A stretch of DNA of 64,000 nt, taken from assembly GCA_001600695.1 (NCBI GenBank), contig BCKQ01000003.1, forward strand, positions 147,952-211,951. Reading direction: 5' to 3'. A program made the position numbers and the translations under genes. The stretch is from Ascoidea asiatica JCM 7603. Lineage: Eukaryota > Fungi > Ascomycota. The notes under the pieces were generated by a model. That model ran no database searches. It was not told the DNA's origin and worked only from the letters and a program-made list of their open reading frames with translations. Positions 34,516 to 45,900 of this stretch are shown one piece after another. How positions within the stretch are numbered: position 1 is the stretch's first letter; each line of letters opens with the position of its first letter.

Positions 34516-37500
34516 ATGAGTTCACTTTTATCTTTTATCAATAATGATGTTAAAATCAGTAAGCTTACTAATAAGAATATTGATATCAATTCAGATATTG
34601 AAAATATTAATCAAATTCTTAATAAAGTTAGTTTAACCAATATCAATTCAGACTTACCTCAAAATAACTCAAATTACATTTTAAATAACAGCGTTAATAA
34701 TAAGCAAAATCAAAATGACATTAGTAATAAAAAAAACGCTCATATCCCTGATTTAAATACAGATAACGATAGTATCAAAAACAGAGAAAAAGAAGACAAC
34801 AGTTACAATGAAAAAGACGCAGACGAAGAAAATAATGAAGACAATGAAAAAGTGAAATATAAAGACTATAAAGACTTGAATCAAAATAATGATAAAGATA
34901 AAATAATGAATGATAAAACCAAGCTTCCAAAAGAATTTGAATTTGAAATTGAAAGCTTATCCTCAATTTACAATTCTTTAATAGGTTTTTTATCCAAAAA
35001 TCATATTCAATTTGATAAAAATGATAATCTAATTCTAAAAAAAATTTTAGTTAATCTAAAGAATTCAATTTTTAAAATTAACTCGTTTTATAACTCTAAT
35101 AATAAAACTGAAAACTCAATAAATTCTAATGTAGATTTCAATATAAATATAAACATAAATATGAACATAAATATAAATGAAAATAAAAGCTTAAATATGA
35201 ATAAAAATATAAAAACTTTATATCTCTCTAATTTAATTAATCTATCAGTTTTAATTTCAACTTCAAAATTGAATAATCTATTGTTCAATAATTCAACTAA
35301 TATTAACTTTAATAAAGTTTTAAATATTTATTTAAATTTATTTAATCTGATATTATCTAATTTTAGTTTGATTTCAAATAAATTAATATTAAATAGAAAT
35401 TTATTATTTTATTTATTAATCTTGAAATCAAATTCAACTTTTTATAAAGATAAGAATAAAAAATTAATTGATAGATTATTAGATTTACTCATTTATTTTT
35501 ATTTTTTATCCAATGATTTATCTTTTATTAACTTAATTAGCCAGTTTGATACAAATTATAATAATAATGCAAATAATCTTCAACTTATAAGTTTAATTGA
35601 AAATTCTTTTAACCTCAATCTTAATCTTAATCAAACTCAAAATTACAATCAAATTGATAAGATGAATGATTCGGATAATAATGAAAATTATAATTTAGCT
35701 CAATTTCCTGGAATTTTATCAATTTTTAGTAGATTTGATCAACTTATCTGTAATAACAATAACAGTAATACTAATAATAGTATTAATAATGATTCAAATA
35801 ATAATATTAATGATTTTAGTAGTTTAATTCAAAATTTATTTCCATATAATTTATCCAAAATTACTAAAAATTCGTTTATTTTAATTCAGCCTTTAATTCA
35901 ATTTAGTTTAATTTTATCTGAATGTTTAATTTCTCCTTTGAACAATATTAATGATTTGAATAACTCTTTAAATTATTTAATTCAATCATTTAATAAAAAT
36001 GAAATCAATTCTCAATTTATTATAATTTTCTTATCTCATTCATTGAATATTATTGACAATAATGATAACGGCATTGATAATCAAAATCAAAATCAAATTG
36101 AAAGTTGTACAATTTTAGATAATTTATTTAGTTTTTTTGATCTGCTTTCAATAAATTCTACAAATTCATCTTCAACAGAGAAAAATGAATTGAATTTCTT
36201 GATCAATTCCCTTAATTATTTTTTACAATTAATTTCAATTCAAATTATTCAATTTCCAAATATAAATAATATCTACTCAAAATTCAATAAAAAAATCTTC
36301 AATTTCTTAAATAATTATACTGATCATTCCATTTACCATAATTTACTAAACAACTCAAATAAAACCTTAACTCAAAACTCCAAAATTTTACAGTTTAAAG
36401 TATTATTTGAAGTAGTTGATCAAAATTATAAACTAAACTTTTCAAATTCATTCAATTCTTCAAATAATAATAATTTAAATGAATTTAATAATGATTATGA
36501 AATTAATTTAATTCATCTATTAAACATTTCTTTATCTCATATTAATTTTTTCCTAGATAACAGTGTTAACGATTACGAGAATCATGATGATGACGATCAT
36601 GACAGTGATAACTTTTTAAAGTTGCACTTCATCTATAATAAGCTTGGTGCGACTTTGTCTTTGATTTCTTTATTTGACTATTTAATTTTCATTCTTTCAA
36701 GGGAAGTATTAAAAGATGTAAATCATTTAAAAACTTTCCCAGATATTTTTAAAAATGAAATTATGGATTTATCAATAATCCCACCAGTTTCAAAAGAAAA
36801 TTTTATTTTTCCTACAAAACTAACTCCTTCAAATCATTCAACTAATCCAAATATTTCGGTTAATTCAATCAATGATTATTTATTCAAAGATTTTTCAAAT
36901 AACGAAGAAATTGATAAAATTAAAATTTATAAAAAAATTTATGATTGCTTATCTTTATCTCAAGTTATCTTAATGAAATTGTTAAATAATAATAAAAATA
37001 AACTTAAAATTGTTAATATGATAAGAAAAAATAATCAAAATTTTTCTAAAGATAATTCAAATGAATTTGTCAATCAAGATCAAATTGAAATCAAGAATTC
37101 ATTAATTTATAAATCTTTCGACGAATTTTTAAAACTAAATTTTACTACATGTTTCAGCGTCTTGCTACTTTCAAATGAATGCTATTTAAAATCATTAAAC
37201 TATAATAGATTTTACTCTCTTTTTTTGGAACATAATCAAAGTAATCAATTTAAGAATATCACTCCTCCGGATTCCGCGTCAAGTTTAGTTGGATTTAAAG
37301 ATAATGAAAAGGAGCTATCTCACGAAAAATTTAGTGACTTTTTCTTTGACTTAAGCTCTTATAATTTTCTTTATAATCATTCAGCTTTTTACCTATTAGA
37401 AGCTTTGGTGACTTATAATGATGCTAATGATGAGTTGATACCATTGAAGGAAGATATTTCGGGATTTCAGTTTAAAAATGAGAATTTTAATTTGTTTTCT

Positions 37501-39720
37501 TTGGTGAAATACATTTTATGGGTTTCAATGAAAGATATAAGTTATATCAAAATTTCAGCAATTATGCTCAATCATTTGATTTTCCATTCTAAATTCGATT
37601 CTCCTAGTGATAGAGAAGAAACCGGTGAACGTGAGAATAATACAAATATAGGCCAGATCATATTAGATGATGATTCTATTTCCAGTATGCTTTGGACGTT
37701 TGTATCCTTATGGAACCATGGATATCCCCTTTTCAAAGGTTTGATGTCCTTTCTTAGCAAAAAACATGGTGACTCTTTCGACAATTTGAAACCAAAAATT
37801 GCGGATGAAAATCCTTTTCGTTTAGATTTAGACTTCTTAAGAAAATATATTGATATACCTAATACAATGGAACCTATAAGAAATTTTGGAATGCCTACTT
37901 CTTTGTCGAGGCTAGAGAATTCACAAGATGCAAGCTCTACAAAAAGCAGAAATATCAGTGGGAGTAGTACTCGAGCTAATTTTGGGGTTACTAGGAAAGA
38001 TGATTCAAATAAATCTACACTGCTTAGCTTTCAATCTAATTCTTTTATTAATAACTCTCAAATCTCCAGAAGTTCTGCTGGAAAAACTTCAGAAAATGCC
38101 ACTGGAAATTCTAATATGGGAATGATTTATCAACCATCACCTATTAGTAATATAAGCATGAACTTGGAATCTACAGGTAACCGATGGTCTATTAATTCAG
38201 ACAATCTTGCAGTGAATAATACATCTAATATGGGATCAAAGCAAAAAAATATAAATGATTATTATAGCACTATAACAAATAACCAAAGAGGGCATAATAC
38301 CAACCACAGTGTTACATATTCAAATTCTTCTAATATTTCAAATACTTCAAATATTGCCAATTTATCCAACACTTCCAATGTATCTAATATTGCTAACCTA
38401 TCAAATGTCTCTAATATTTCGAACTTATCTAATATATCTAATATGTCTACAAATGGTTCCAATGCATCAAATGTATCTACTATGGCTAATTTATCTACTA
38501 GTTCTTCTGTCCCATACCAATCAACTGCCTTAACAGGGTTTACAACTAATAATAATTATGGATATGCAAATAAAGTATCTTATGGATCAAATAGTAATGC
38601 TAACTTTGGCAATACTAAAGAAGCTGGTAACAATTTAGTCCAAGGCAACTTTAACAACAATATGGTCAACAACATTAATTTAAATAATATTGGTAACATG
38701 AATTCTACTAGTAACCTGAACAATAACAATGGTACAATATCTAATATATCAGCATTGAATAGCACTAATTATAATGGAAGTTCTATTACGGGACCTTCAA
38801 ATTTGTCTTTAACCACCCTCATGAACTCAGGCAATTCTAATGGAATTATAGGATTAAACTTGACAAATAACTTAAGCAATGCGAATGGTAATATGAATAA
38901 TAATTCAAATAACAATGCCACTAATGGTATGAATTTAGGAGCAGGAATGAGTAATCATTCTAATTCTAGTTCAATGAGTGCAAATCAAAATTTAGGTTTT
39001 AATTATAATAATTATTCAAACCCCAATTTAGGCTCCAATTTGAATAGCAATCTGACTAATAACTTGAACAATGTTAACACCAGTTCTTATTCGACTAAAA
39101 ACATTGGAAATAATCTTAGCTCTAACCTGGGGATGACATTATCTTATAGCAATGGTAACAACAACAATAATAATAATAACAATGATTCAATGCCTAATAT
39201 TCATGGAATGGATACTATAAACAGCAATGCAAATAATTTAACCAATCCAAATTCGTCTAATCTCAATAATATCAATAGTATGAGCAATATTAACAGCATG
39301 AATAATGTGAATAATAATAACAATTTTAGTAGCTTAGGCAATTCAGGTAATATCACCGGTATCAATAATATGTCTATTATACCTAATTTTTCCAATATGT
39401 CCAATATGAACAGCATGGGCAACATAAACAACATAAATAACATGAACATGAACAATGCTAACAATGTGAATAATGTGAACAATATGAATAGCATGCACAA
39501 TATGAATCATATGAATAACATAAACAACATTAACGTAATGAGTAATTTAAATAGCATGAATCCTTTAAACAATTTTAACAGCTTGAATAATATAGGTACT
39601 TTAAATAATTCTAATATGGTAGGAATTGAAGGTGGAATAAATACTGGTATTGGAGATACCTTAAACTTCATGAATAGTAATCGTGCCAAAAGTGTTCATG
39701 TTGATCAATTTGGGAAATAG
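34516..39720 (+). CDS. VIR1: Virilizer/Vir1-like subunit of the mRNA m6A methyltransferase complex, with a large Asn/Met/Ser-rich tail
   Basis: The C-terminal NSNRAKSVHVDQF (39682-39711) matches the virilizer motif (SRxxSxHxDxF; yeast Ygl036w SRAQSIHIDDF). An internal helical region carries IPPVSKENFIF. Confidence 0.7.
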   Translation: MSSLLSFINNDVKISKLTNKNIDINSDIENINQILNKVSLTNINSDLPQNNSNYILNNSVNNKQNQNDISNKKNAHIPDLNTDNDSIKNREKEDNSYNEKDADEENNEDNEKVKYKDYKDLNQNNDKDKIMNDKTKLPKEFEFEIESLSSIYNSLIGFLSKNHIQFDKNDNLILKKILVNLKNSIFKINSFYNSNNKTENSINSNVDFNINININMNININENKSLNMNKNIKTLYLSNLINLSVLISTSKLNNLLFNNSTNINFNKVLNIYLNLFNLILSNFSLISNKLILNRNLLFYLLILKSNSTFYKDKNKKLIDRLLDLLIYFYFLSNDLSFINLISQFDTNYNNNANNLQLISLIENSFNLNLNLNQTQNYNQIDKMNDSDNNENYNLAQFPGILSIFSRFDQLICNNNNSNTNNSINNDSNNNINDFSSLIQNLFPYNLSKITKNSFILIQPLIQFSLILSECLISPLNNINDLNNSLNYLIQSFNKNEINSQFIIIFLSHSLNIIDNNDNGIDNQNQNQIESCTILDNLFSFFDLLSINSTNSSSTEKNELNFLINSLNYFLQLISIQIIQFPNINNIYSKFNKKIFNFLNNYTDHSIYHNLLNNSNKTLTQNSKILQFKVLFEVVDQNYKLNFSNSFNSSNNNNLNEFNNDYEINLIHLLNISLSHINFFLDNSVNDYENHDDDDHDSDNFLKLHFIYNKLGATLSLISLFDYLIFILSREVLKDVNHLKTFPDIFKNEIMDLSIIPPVSKENFIFPTKLTPSNHSTNPNISVNSINDYLFKDFSNNEEIDKIKIYKKIYDCLSLSQVILMKLLNNNKNKLKIVNMIRKNNQNFSKDNSNEFVNQDQIEIKNSLIYKSFDEFLKLNFTTCFSVLLLSNECYLKSLNYNRFYSLFLEHNQSNQFKNITPPDSASSLVGFKDNEKELSHEKFSDFFFDLSSYNFLYNHSAFYLLEALVTYNDANDELIPLKEDISGFQFKNENFNLFSLVKYILWVSMKDISYIKISAIMLNHLIFHSKFDSPSDREETGERENNTNIGQIILDDDSISSMLWTFVSLWNHGYPLFKGLMSFLSKKHGDSFDNLKPKIADENPFRLDLDFLRKYIDIPNTMEPIRNFGMPTSLSRLENSQDASSTKSRNISGSSTRANFGVTRKDDSNKSTLLSFQSNSFINNSQISRSSAGKTSENATGNSNMGMIYQPSPISNISMNLESTGNRWSINSDNLAVNNTSNMGSKQKNINDYYSTITNNQRGHNTNHSVTYSNSSNISNTSNIANLSNTSNVSNIANLSNVSNISNLSNISNMSTNGSNASNVSTMANLSTSSSVPYQSTALTGFTTNNNYGYANKVSYGSNSNANFGNTKEAGNNLVQGNFNNNMVNNINLNNIGNMNSTSNLNNNNGTISNISALNSTNYNGSSITGPSNLSLTTLMNSGNSNGIIGLNLTNNLSNANGNMNNNSNNNATNGMNLGAGMSNHSNSSSMSANQNLGFNYNNYSNPNLGSNLNSNLTNNLNNVNTSSYSTKNIGNNLSSNLGMTLSYSNGNNNNNNNNNDSMPNIHGMDTINSNANNLTNPNSSNLNNINSMSNINSMNNVNNNNNFSSLGNSGNITGINNMSIIPNFSNMSNMNSMGNINNINNMNMNNANNVNNVNNMNSMHNMNHMNNINNINVMSNLNSMNPLNNFNSLNNIGTLNNSNMVGIEGGINTGIGDTLNFMNSNRAKSVHVDQFGK

Positions 39721-40339
39721 CCCTTTTTCAAAAATAAATCAATCATTATCTTCAGCATATTAACCTTTATCCTAAACAGTTTTTGTACTCTTTTTTTATT
39801 AATTTTTTCTCAACTTTTTCTTTAATTTTTTTTTTTCCTTTATTTTTATCAATGTCATTGCTAAATTTTCTGCATTTAATGCATTTTGGACTATTTTAAT
39901 TTTCTTTGACTATTTTGCTAATGAACATTCGACATTTTTTCAAAAAAAATTTTTACTAACAACTTTAGGTTTACTTTTTGTATTTATTTTATTTGCTATT
40001 CATTTCTTTAATGCTTTCTATTTCTTCTTTTTTTTGCTATTATGCAATAGTGAGCTTAAGAATTGTTCTTATTATATGTATTATTATCACTATTATTATT
40101 AGTATAAATTAAAGGATCAATATTTTTATCTGAAAGAACATTTGCTTATATGAACATTAACTTTTTTAAAAACTTTTTATTTTTTAATCAATTTTCCTCT
40201 TAAAATTGGATAGGAATATTTCACATATTTCATTATTTACTTATTTATTAAATTATTCATTTATTTTCATACATATATCTTTTTTTGAATATATCCTATA
40301 TAAAATAGCTAGAGACAATTTAAATTTTACTATCAAAAA

Positions 40340-41668
40340 TTAATATACGTAGGGGATGATTTTATAAGGAACTTGTTTTTTATATAATTGCCAAGACTCA
40401 CCATATTTTTTAGAGCATTTAGCCTCGTCTCTAATTTGTCTATGCAATAATAAAGTACCAAAATAAATAACATAAAAATAAGTGAAAGGAGTATTGAAAC
40501 CAGTTACAAGACACCAAGTCCAAGCAATTAACCAATCACCAAAATAATTTATATGCTGAGATAATTTCCACCAACCATCACATAATAAATATGAACCAGA
40601 TTTTGTTTTTATACAATTGACTAAATTCTTATCAATTAAATTATTTTTAAAATCCGATTTTTCTTTATTTGATCTATGAAATATCAAATAACCAAGATAA
40701 AATAAAGAAATTAATAAAATTGAATTGAATTTACCCAAATGAACTTGATTTAAAACTAAATATCTTGATTGTAAAGAATATGTAAAAGGCAACCAAGCTA
40801 AATCACCAAATATTAACATAAAACCAAAACCATCAGTTGTTATATCCATCATTGAGATTACACCTTCTTCATTTAATACACCATCGAGAACATAAAAACC
40901 TTGAAATAAATTTAATAAAAATAAAGAATCAGAGATATAATGATAGTTAATATATTGATAATGTAAAGAAGATAAATTAATCAATAACCATAATAATAAA
41001 CCAGGTCTTAATTCACAAAATAATTTTAAATCTAAATTATTATTAAAAAATCTTGGATTTAATTCTCTTCCAATAAACCAATCATAAATAAAATTACCAG
41101 AATTACCATTAATTGATAAAATTTTTTCATTAGTGTCAAAACCATTTTTATAATTTAATTTCAAAAAAGAATTTAAATAAATTAAAATTGATAAAATAAA
41201 AGAAAAAATAGAAGCAATTAAAGCAAAACTTAAAAAATTTTCATAAAGATAAATTAATTCAGGAAATTTGAAATTTGATTGAATTAATCTAATTAGTAAA
41301 ATTAAAAGAAAAATTGAAGTGAATAAAATTCCATTAATTTTATAATTTAGAGATGTAGAATCTCTTAATTTTATTCCTTTTAAAATTTTACCAGGTAAAA
41401 CAATTTGCAAAAAGATTAAACTTATAAACCAGGATAAATAAATTAACCAATTTTTGAGATTGAAAACCAAATTAAACCAATTCAAATTATTAATTTGAGC
41501 TGAAATTTTATTTAACTCTAGATTAATTCCTTTAATTAAATAATTTTCATTGACTATTAGGTAAAAAAAAATTATTAATGAAGGTAATAAAAAAGTTATA
41601 AAAATCGAACCATAAACTCCACCAAACTCATAATGAGTTGTTTTAGGATTTAATTTAGTGAAAGCCAT
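40340..41668 (-). CDS. ERG24: C-14 sterol reductase
   Basis: LNPKTTHYEFGG, GNFIYDWFIGRELNPR, DLKLFCELRPG, DITTDGFGFML.FGDL, SQHINYFGD and VPYKIIPYVY. Confidence 0.97.
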   Translation of the reverse strand: MAFTKLNPKTTHYEFGGVYGSIFITFLLPSLIIFFYLIVNENYLIKGINLELNKISAQINNLNWFNLVFNLKNWLIYLSWFISLIFLQIVLPGKILKGIKLRDSTSLNYKINGILFTSIFLLILLIRLIQSNFKFPELIYLYENFLSFALIASIFSFILSILIYLNSFLKLNYKNGFDTNEKILSINGNSGNFIYDWFIGRELNPRFFNNNLDLKLFCELRPGLLLWLLINLSSLHYQYINYHYISDSLFLLNLFQGFYVLDGVLNEEGVISMMDITTDGFGFMLIFGDLAWLPFTYSLQSRYLVLNQVHLGKFNSILLISLFYLGYLIFHRSNKEKSDFKNNLIDKNLVNCIKTKSGSYLLCDGWWKLSQHINYFGDWLIAWTWCLVTGFNTPFTYFYVIYFGTLLLHRQIRDEAKCSKKYGESWQLYKKQVPYKIIPYVY

Positions 41669-42156
41669 TTGAAATAAATTTAGAATATGAATATATAAAT
41701 TTGTGAATATATAATCTTAATGAGAATACAAATAATTACAATAATAAGAATAAGAATATATAATTGTGGAGCAGTGATATGGAGGAGTGTTTTTCATTAA
41801 TTCATTTTCTTTATTTCGATGAGATAATTTGAATACTAAACGCTAGTACTTATTTTACCTTGATTTATTTACAACAATGGTTTGTCTTTAAAAGTATTTC
41901 TAGATAAAAATTGGAACTCAAATTCAGTCTCAATTGAAAATAACTTTCAGATCAATTGAGAATCCTTTATTCTAGTTGGATAAAAACTGGCCTCATTATT
42001 CATAATAACAGCTAAATAATAATAATAATAGTAATAGTAATAGTAATAATTTTCGAATATTCGAGCAGACTCAAATCAACCAGTAAAGAAACGTTGAGGA
42101 GTTCCAGGGACTTGAAACAAAGTACGAGACACGAGCGGAAATACGAGGAAACGCTG

Positions 42157-42163
42157 TATACGA
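42157..42163 (-). promoter_or_regulatory. Upc2/Ecm22 sterol regulatory element TCGTATA
   Basis: TATACGA on the plus strand, preceded by near-matches AGTACGA, ACACGA and AATACGA in 42121-42146; about 490 bp upstream of ERG24. Confidence 0.65.
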
Positions 42164-42989
42164 GCTAAAATTATTATGTAATCAGAGACCAGACTGATGG
42201 ATGTTTGGGCTAAACCCAGAAATTTGGATCATGCATAGTGAGCTATGTGGACGGCTTATTTGTACAGTATGCATTAAAACCATAAAATTGGTAAATTGAA
42301 AAACATTACGTAATAAATTACGTCAGACAATAGCACCAATATAAATCCGTGCTACGGAATGCCAAATAGTGGAATTTAGGCTCTCCGTAGAAACACCCGG
42401 AAAAAAAACACGGACCAACACGGTAGCGAGCAGCGGCTGATTGTTTCGTTGCTGATTTCGTTGATTACTAGGTACTTGCTGTGCTACCTAACGTTACTAC
42501 TCTAAGTACAGTGAGGCTACTGTTTATTGTAGATACTGTATCTATTATTATATTGAGTATTTGTGTAATTATGGTTGAATTATGGTTGATTGATTGATTA
42601 TATTTGATTTGACTATTGAAATAAGCTAGGTATTTGTATCTTATCTCTGGTCTATCTTAAAAAACCACAAGAAAACACTACTTGATTTATTATTTATAGA
42701 GCATCATTTTTTATTTTACTTAAAAATCATCTTTCTAGAACAATTGCTTTATCGAAATCGCTTTGCCAAAACTGCTTAATCAAATTTGCTTACTCATATT
42801 TAGGCTCTTTAAGATTGATCATAAAAAGATTTTCAATTAAATACTTTAAAATATTGAATGAACAATCTAAATTTTCTTTTTTGGTTTTTTCTAAAAACTT
42901 TTTAGTAAAACTAATATTATCAAAAAAAAATTCATTTATTGAATTTTTCTCTCAATTTATCAATACAAATATTTAAATTTTTCATAATA

Positions 42990-45900
42990 ATGATACATGA
43001 CATAAATTCAAATTCAAATTCAAATTCAAATTCAAATTCAAATTCAAATTCAAATTCAAATTCAAATTTAAATGCAAATCCAAATCCAAATTCTAATTCA
43101 AGCTCAAACTCCAAATTAAAATTAAAATCGAACTCAAAATCTTCTTCAAATACAAAAAGTGAATTGAAAGTGAAATCAAATTCTAAATCAAATTCTAAAT
43201 CAAAATTAAAATCAAAATCAAAAAAAGATTCTAATGATAAACTGAATCTAATTTTTGAAATTGAAAATATAACACCAAAAGTCTTTAAACAATCTATTGA
43301 CACTACATCTTTCAAAAATTTAACTTTTGAAAATAATAATTTCAATTCAACTATATTTAATAACTATAATGTAAAAAATATAGATATAGTTAATGAAAGC
43401 TATTGTAGAAATTTGGAATCTTCTCATATTAATAATCATCAAATTGATAATAATATCAGTAATTTTAATAATATTAATAATGTCGATAGTATTGATAATA
43501 ATAACTATTTGCCAATATACAATGATATAAATAATACTTTAACTTCTCAGAATTATAATCATATCACTAATAATTCAAATAAAATCAATATCAATAACAG
43601 TAATAACAGTAATCATAATAATAATTGCACCGATTATAATAACTATAACACCAGTATTATCAATAATAGTTCTAATATAAATAATAATAATAATAATAAT
43701 AATAATTCTAATATAATTAATAATAAGAGTAATAATACTAATAACAAAAAAAAAAAGAGATCAAGAATATTGAAAGCTTGTGATTTATGTAGAAGGAAAA
43801 AAATTAAATGTAATGGCTCAGCTCCATGCTCAAATTGTATTGATTATAATTCATTATGTACCTTTAATTATGTTCCAAAAAGGAGAATATCTAAAAAATT
43901 ATTAATCAATCAATCTCAATCTCAATCTCAATCTCAATCTCAATCTCAATCTCAATCTCAATCTCAATCTCAATCTCAATCTCAATCTCCTAATGATATC
44001 AAAAATACTGCAATTAATGATTCGCAAAAAATAGAAAATAATTTAGAGAATCAAAAAGAAAAAAAAAAAGATATTGAAATAAAAACTAAAAGTAAAAAAT
44101 TCAACCATAATTTTGAGAATAAGATTGCTAAACAAAACAGTGCTACTAATAAAAGCAATAATGGCATTGATAATATTATTAATAATAACGGTAATAATGA
44201 AAATAATGAAAATGGTCCTAGTTCTACTAATACTAATGATAATGCTAGTTCCAATAATAATGATACCAATATATATATAAATGCCGATTGTCAATATTCA
44301 GATAATGAAAATAATTCAGATTTATACAATAGTGATTCTGACTCGTTTAATACTGACTATTCTGACAGTAATTCAAATGATAATGACAAAATAAGTGAAG
44401 AGAATCCAAATATAATCAAAATGAATGATAGATTGAACACAATTCAGACTTTATTGATAAATATTTCAGATAAATTGGATACCCAAAATAGCAATAATAA
44501 TAATAAAAGCAAAAAAATTCATTCTAAGAAGAAAAAAATAAAAAATAAAAAACTTAAAAACTTCGATACAAATGTAACTTCGAATGAATATATAACTAAC
44601 TCATCATTGTCAGATAAACCTTCTCCAGCATTTTCAACTACTAGTTCAGAAGATAAGTTTCTAATTTCCAAGAAAAAGAATATCTTAATAAATAATGTAT
44701 ACTTCAATTCGAAGTTTTTTTCAAACTTATATTTTAGTATTCATTCTACCTTTTTTATTTTTAGTCCGAAATGGTTAAGTTGGATAAATTCAAAATTACC
44801 TAATAATCATATAAGTTTGAATTTATTATCAAGATCAATCACTAACTTAATTGAAAAGGAATCAAAAGAATGGGTTGAACCAATAAATAAAAAAAAGTTA
44901 ACAGCTTTACCTTCAAAATTTATCATTTCCAAATTATATACAATTTTCAAAACCATTCCTTTTCCTTTTTATATCATTGAAATTTATGAAATCGTTGATT
45001 TATTTAGTAAGTATTTCTGTGATACTAATAGTTTAAATTATAGTGAATTATTAATTTTAAATGCAATTATTACAATGACTACTACACTAGTTTTAAATTC
45101 ATTCACTAAAAATCAAATTTCTGATTATTTTGATAGAAAAGCGACTTTGGAGGATATTAGGAGGATAAAAACAAATTCATTACTGAACTCAATTTATTAT
45201 TTTCATTGTATTTCTTTAGTTTCAAATGGAGTTAAATCAATCCAAGCAATAATCTTATTGATATTACTTAATGATGACACTATTCTATCGAAAGTTAATT
45301 TTATGCTTTTATCAACAGCTTTAAGATTTGCTCAACTAATCGGACTTCATAGAAATGATACATATGAAGGTTTATCTAAAGATGAACAGTTAAATAGAAG
45401 AAAAGTTTGGATGTTTTGTTTGAACTTAGACATTACTTATTCAATTAGATCAGGAAGACCCCCATTAATCAATGAAAAAGATATTCAAACATGTTCAGAT
45501 ACAGAGTTCTCAAAGATGATATCAGAGTATTTTAAACTAAATGAGAATATAAACTTTAATGATCCTGCTACTTCTAAATTTTATTTGACCAAGCTAATGA
45601 ATATTGATGAATTTTCTTCCTCTTTATGTTTTTCTTTCCTATCGGCATCATTTAGTGCTATTCAAGTTAAAACTTATTATAAGCTACTAAGTGCTAAATC
45701 TTTAGTTGATAAGTCATTGAATGAAATAATAGAAATCGCATCCGATTTAACAAGAGAATTGCATAATTGGAGAAACATTCTTCCAGATTCAATCAAGCCA
45801 AAGTCATTAAAAGTTGATTTTGAAACTTATCATAATAAGAGCACTGATAAACCGACTAAAATCAGCATGATTTTGATGTTGCAGATGAAGTACTATTTTC

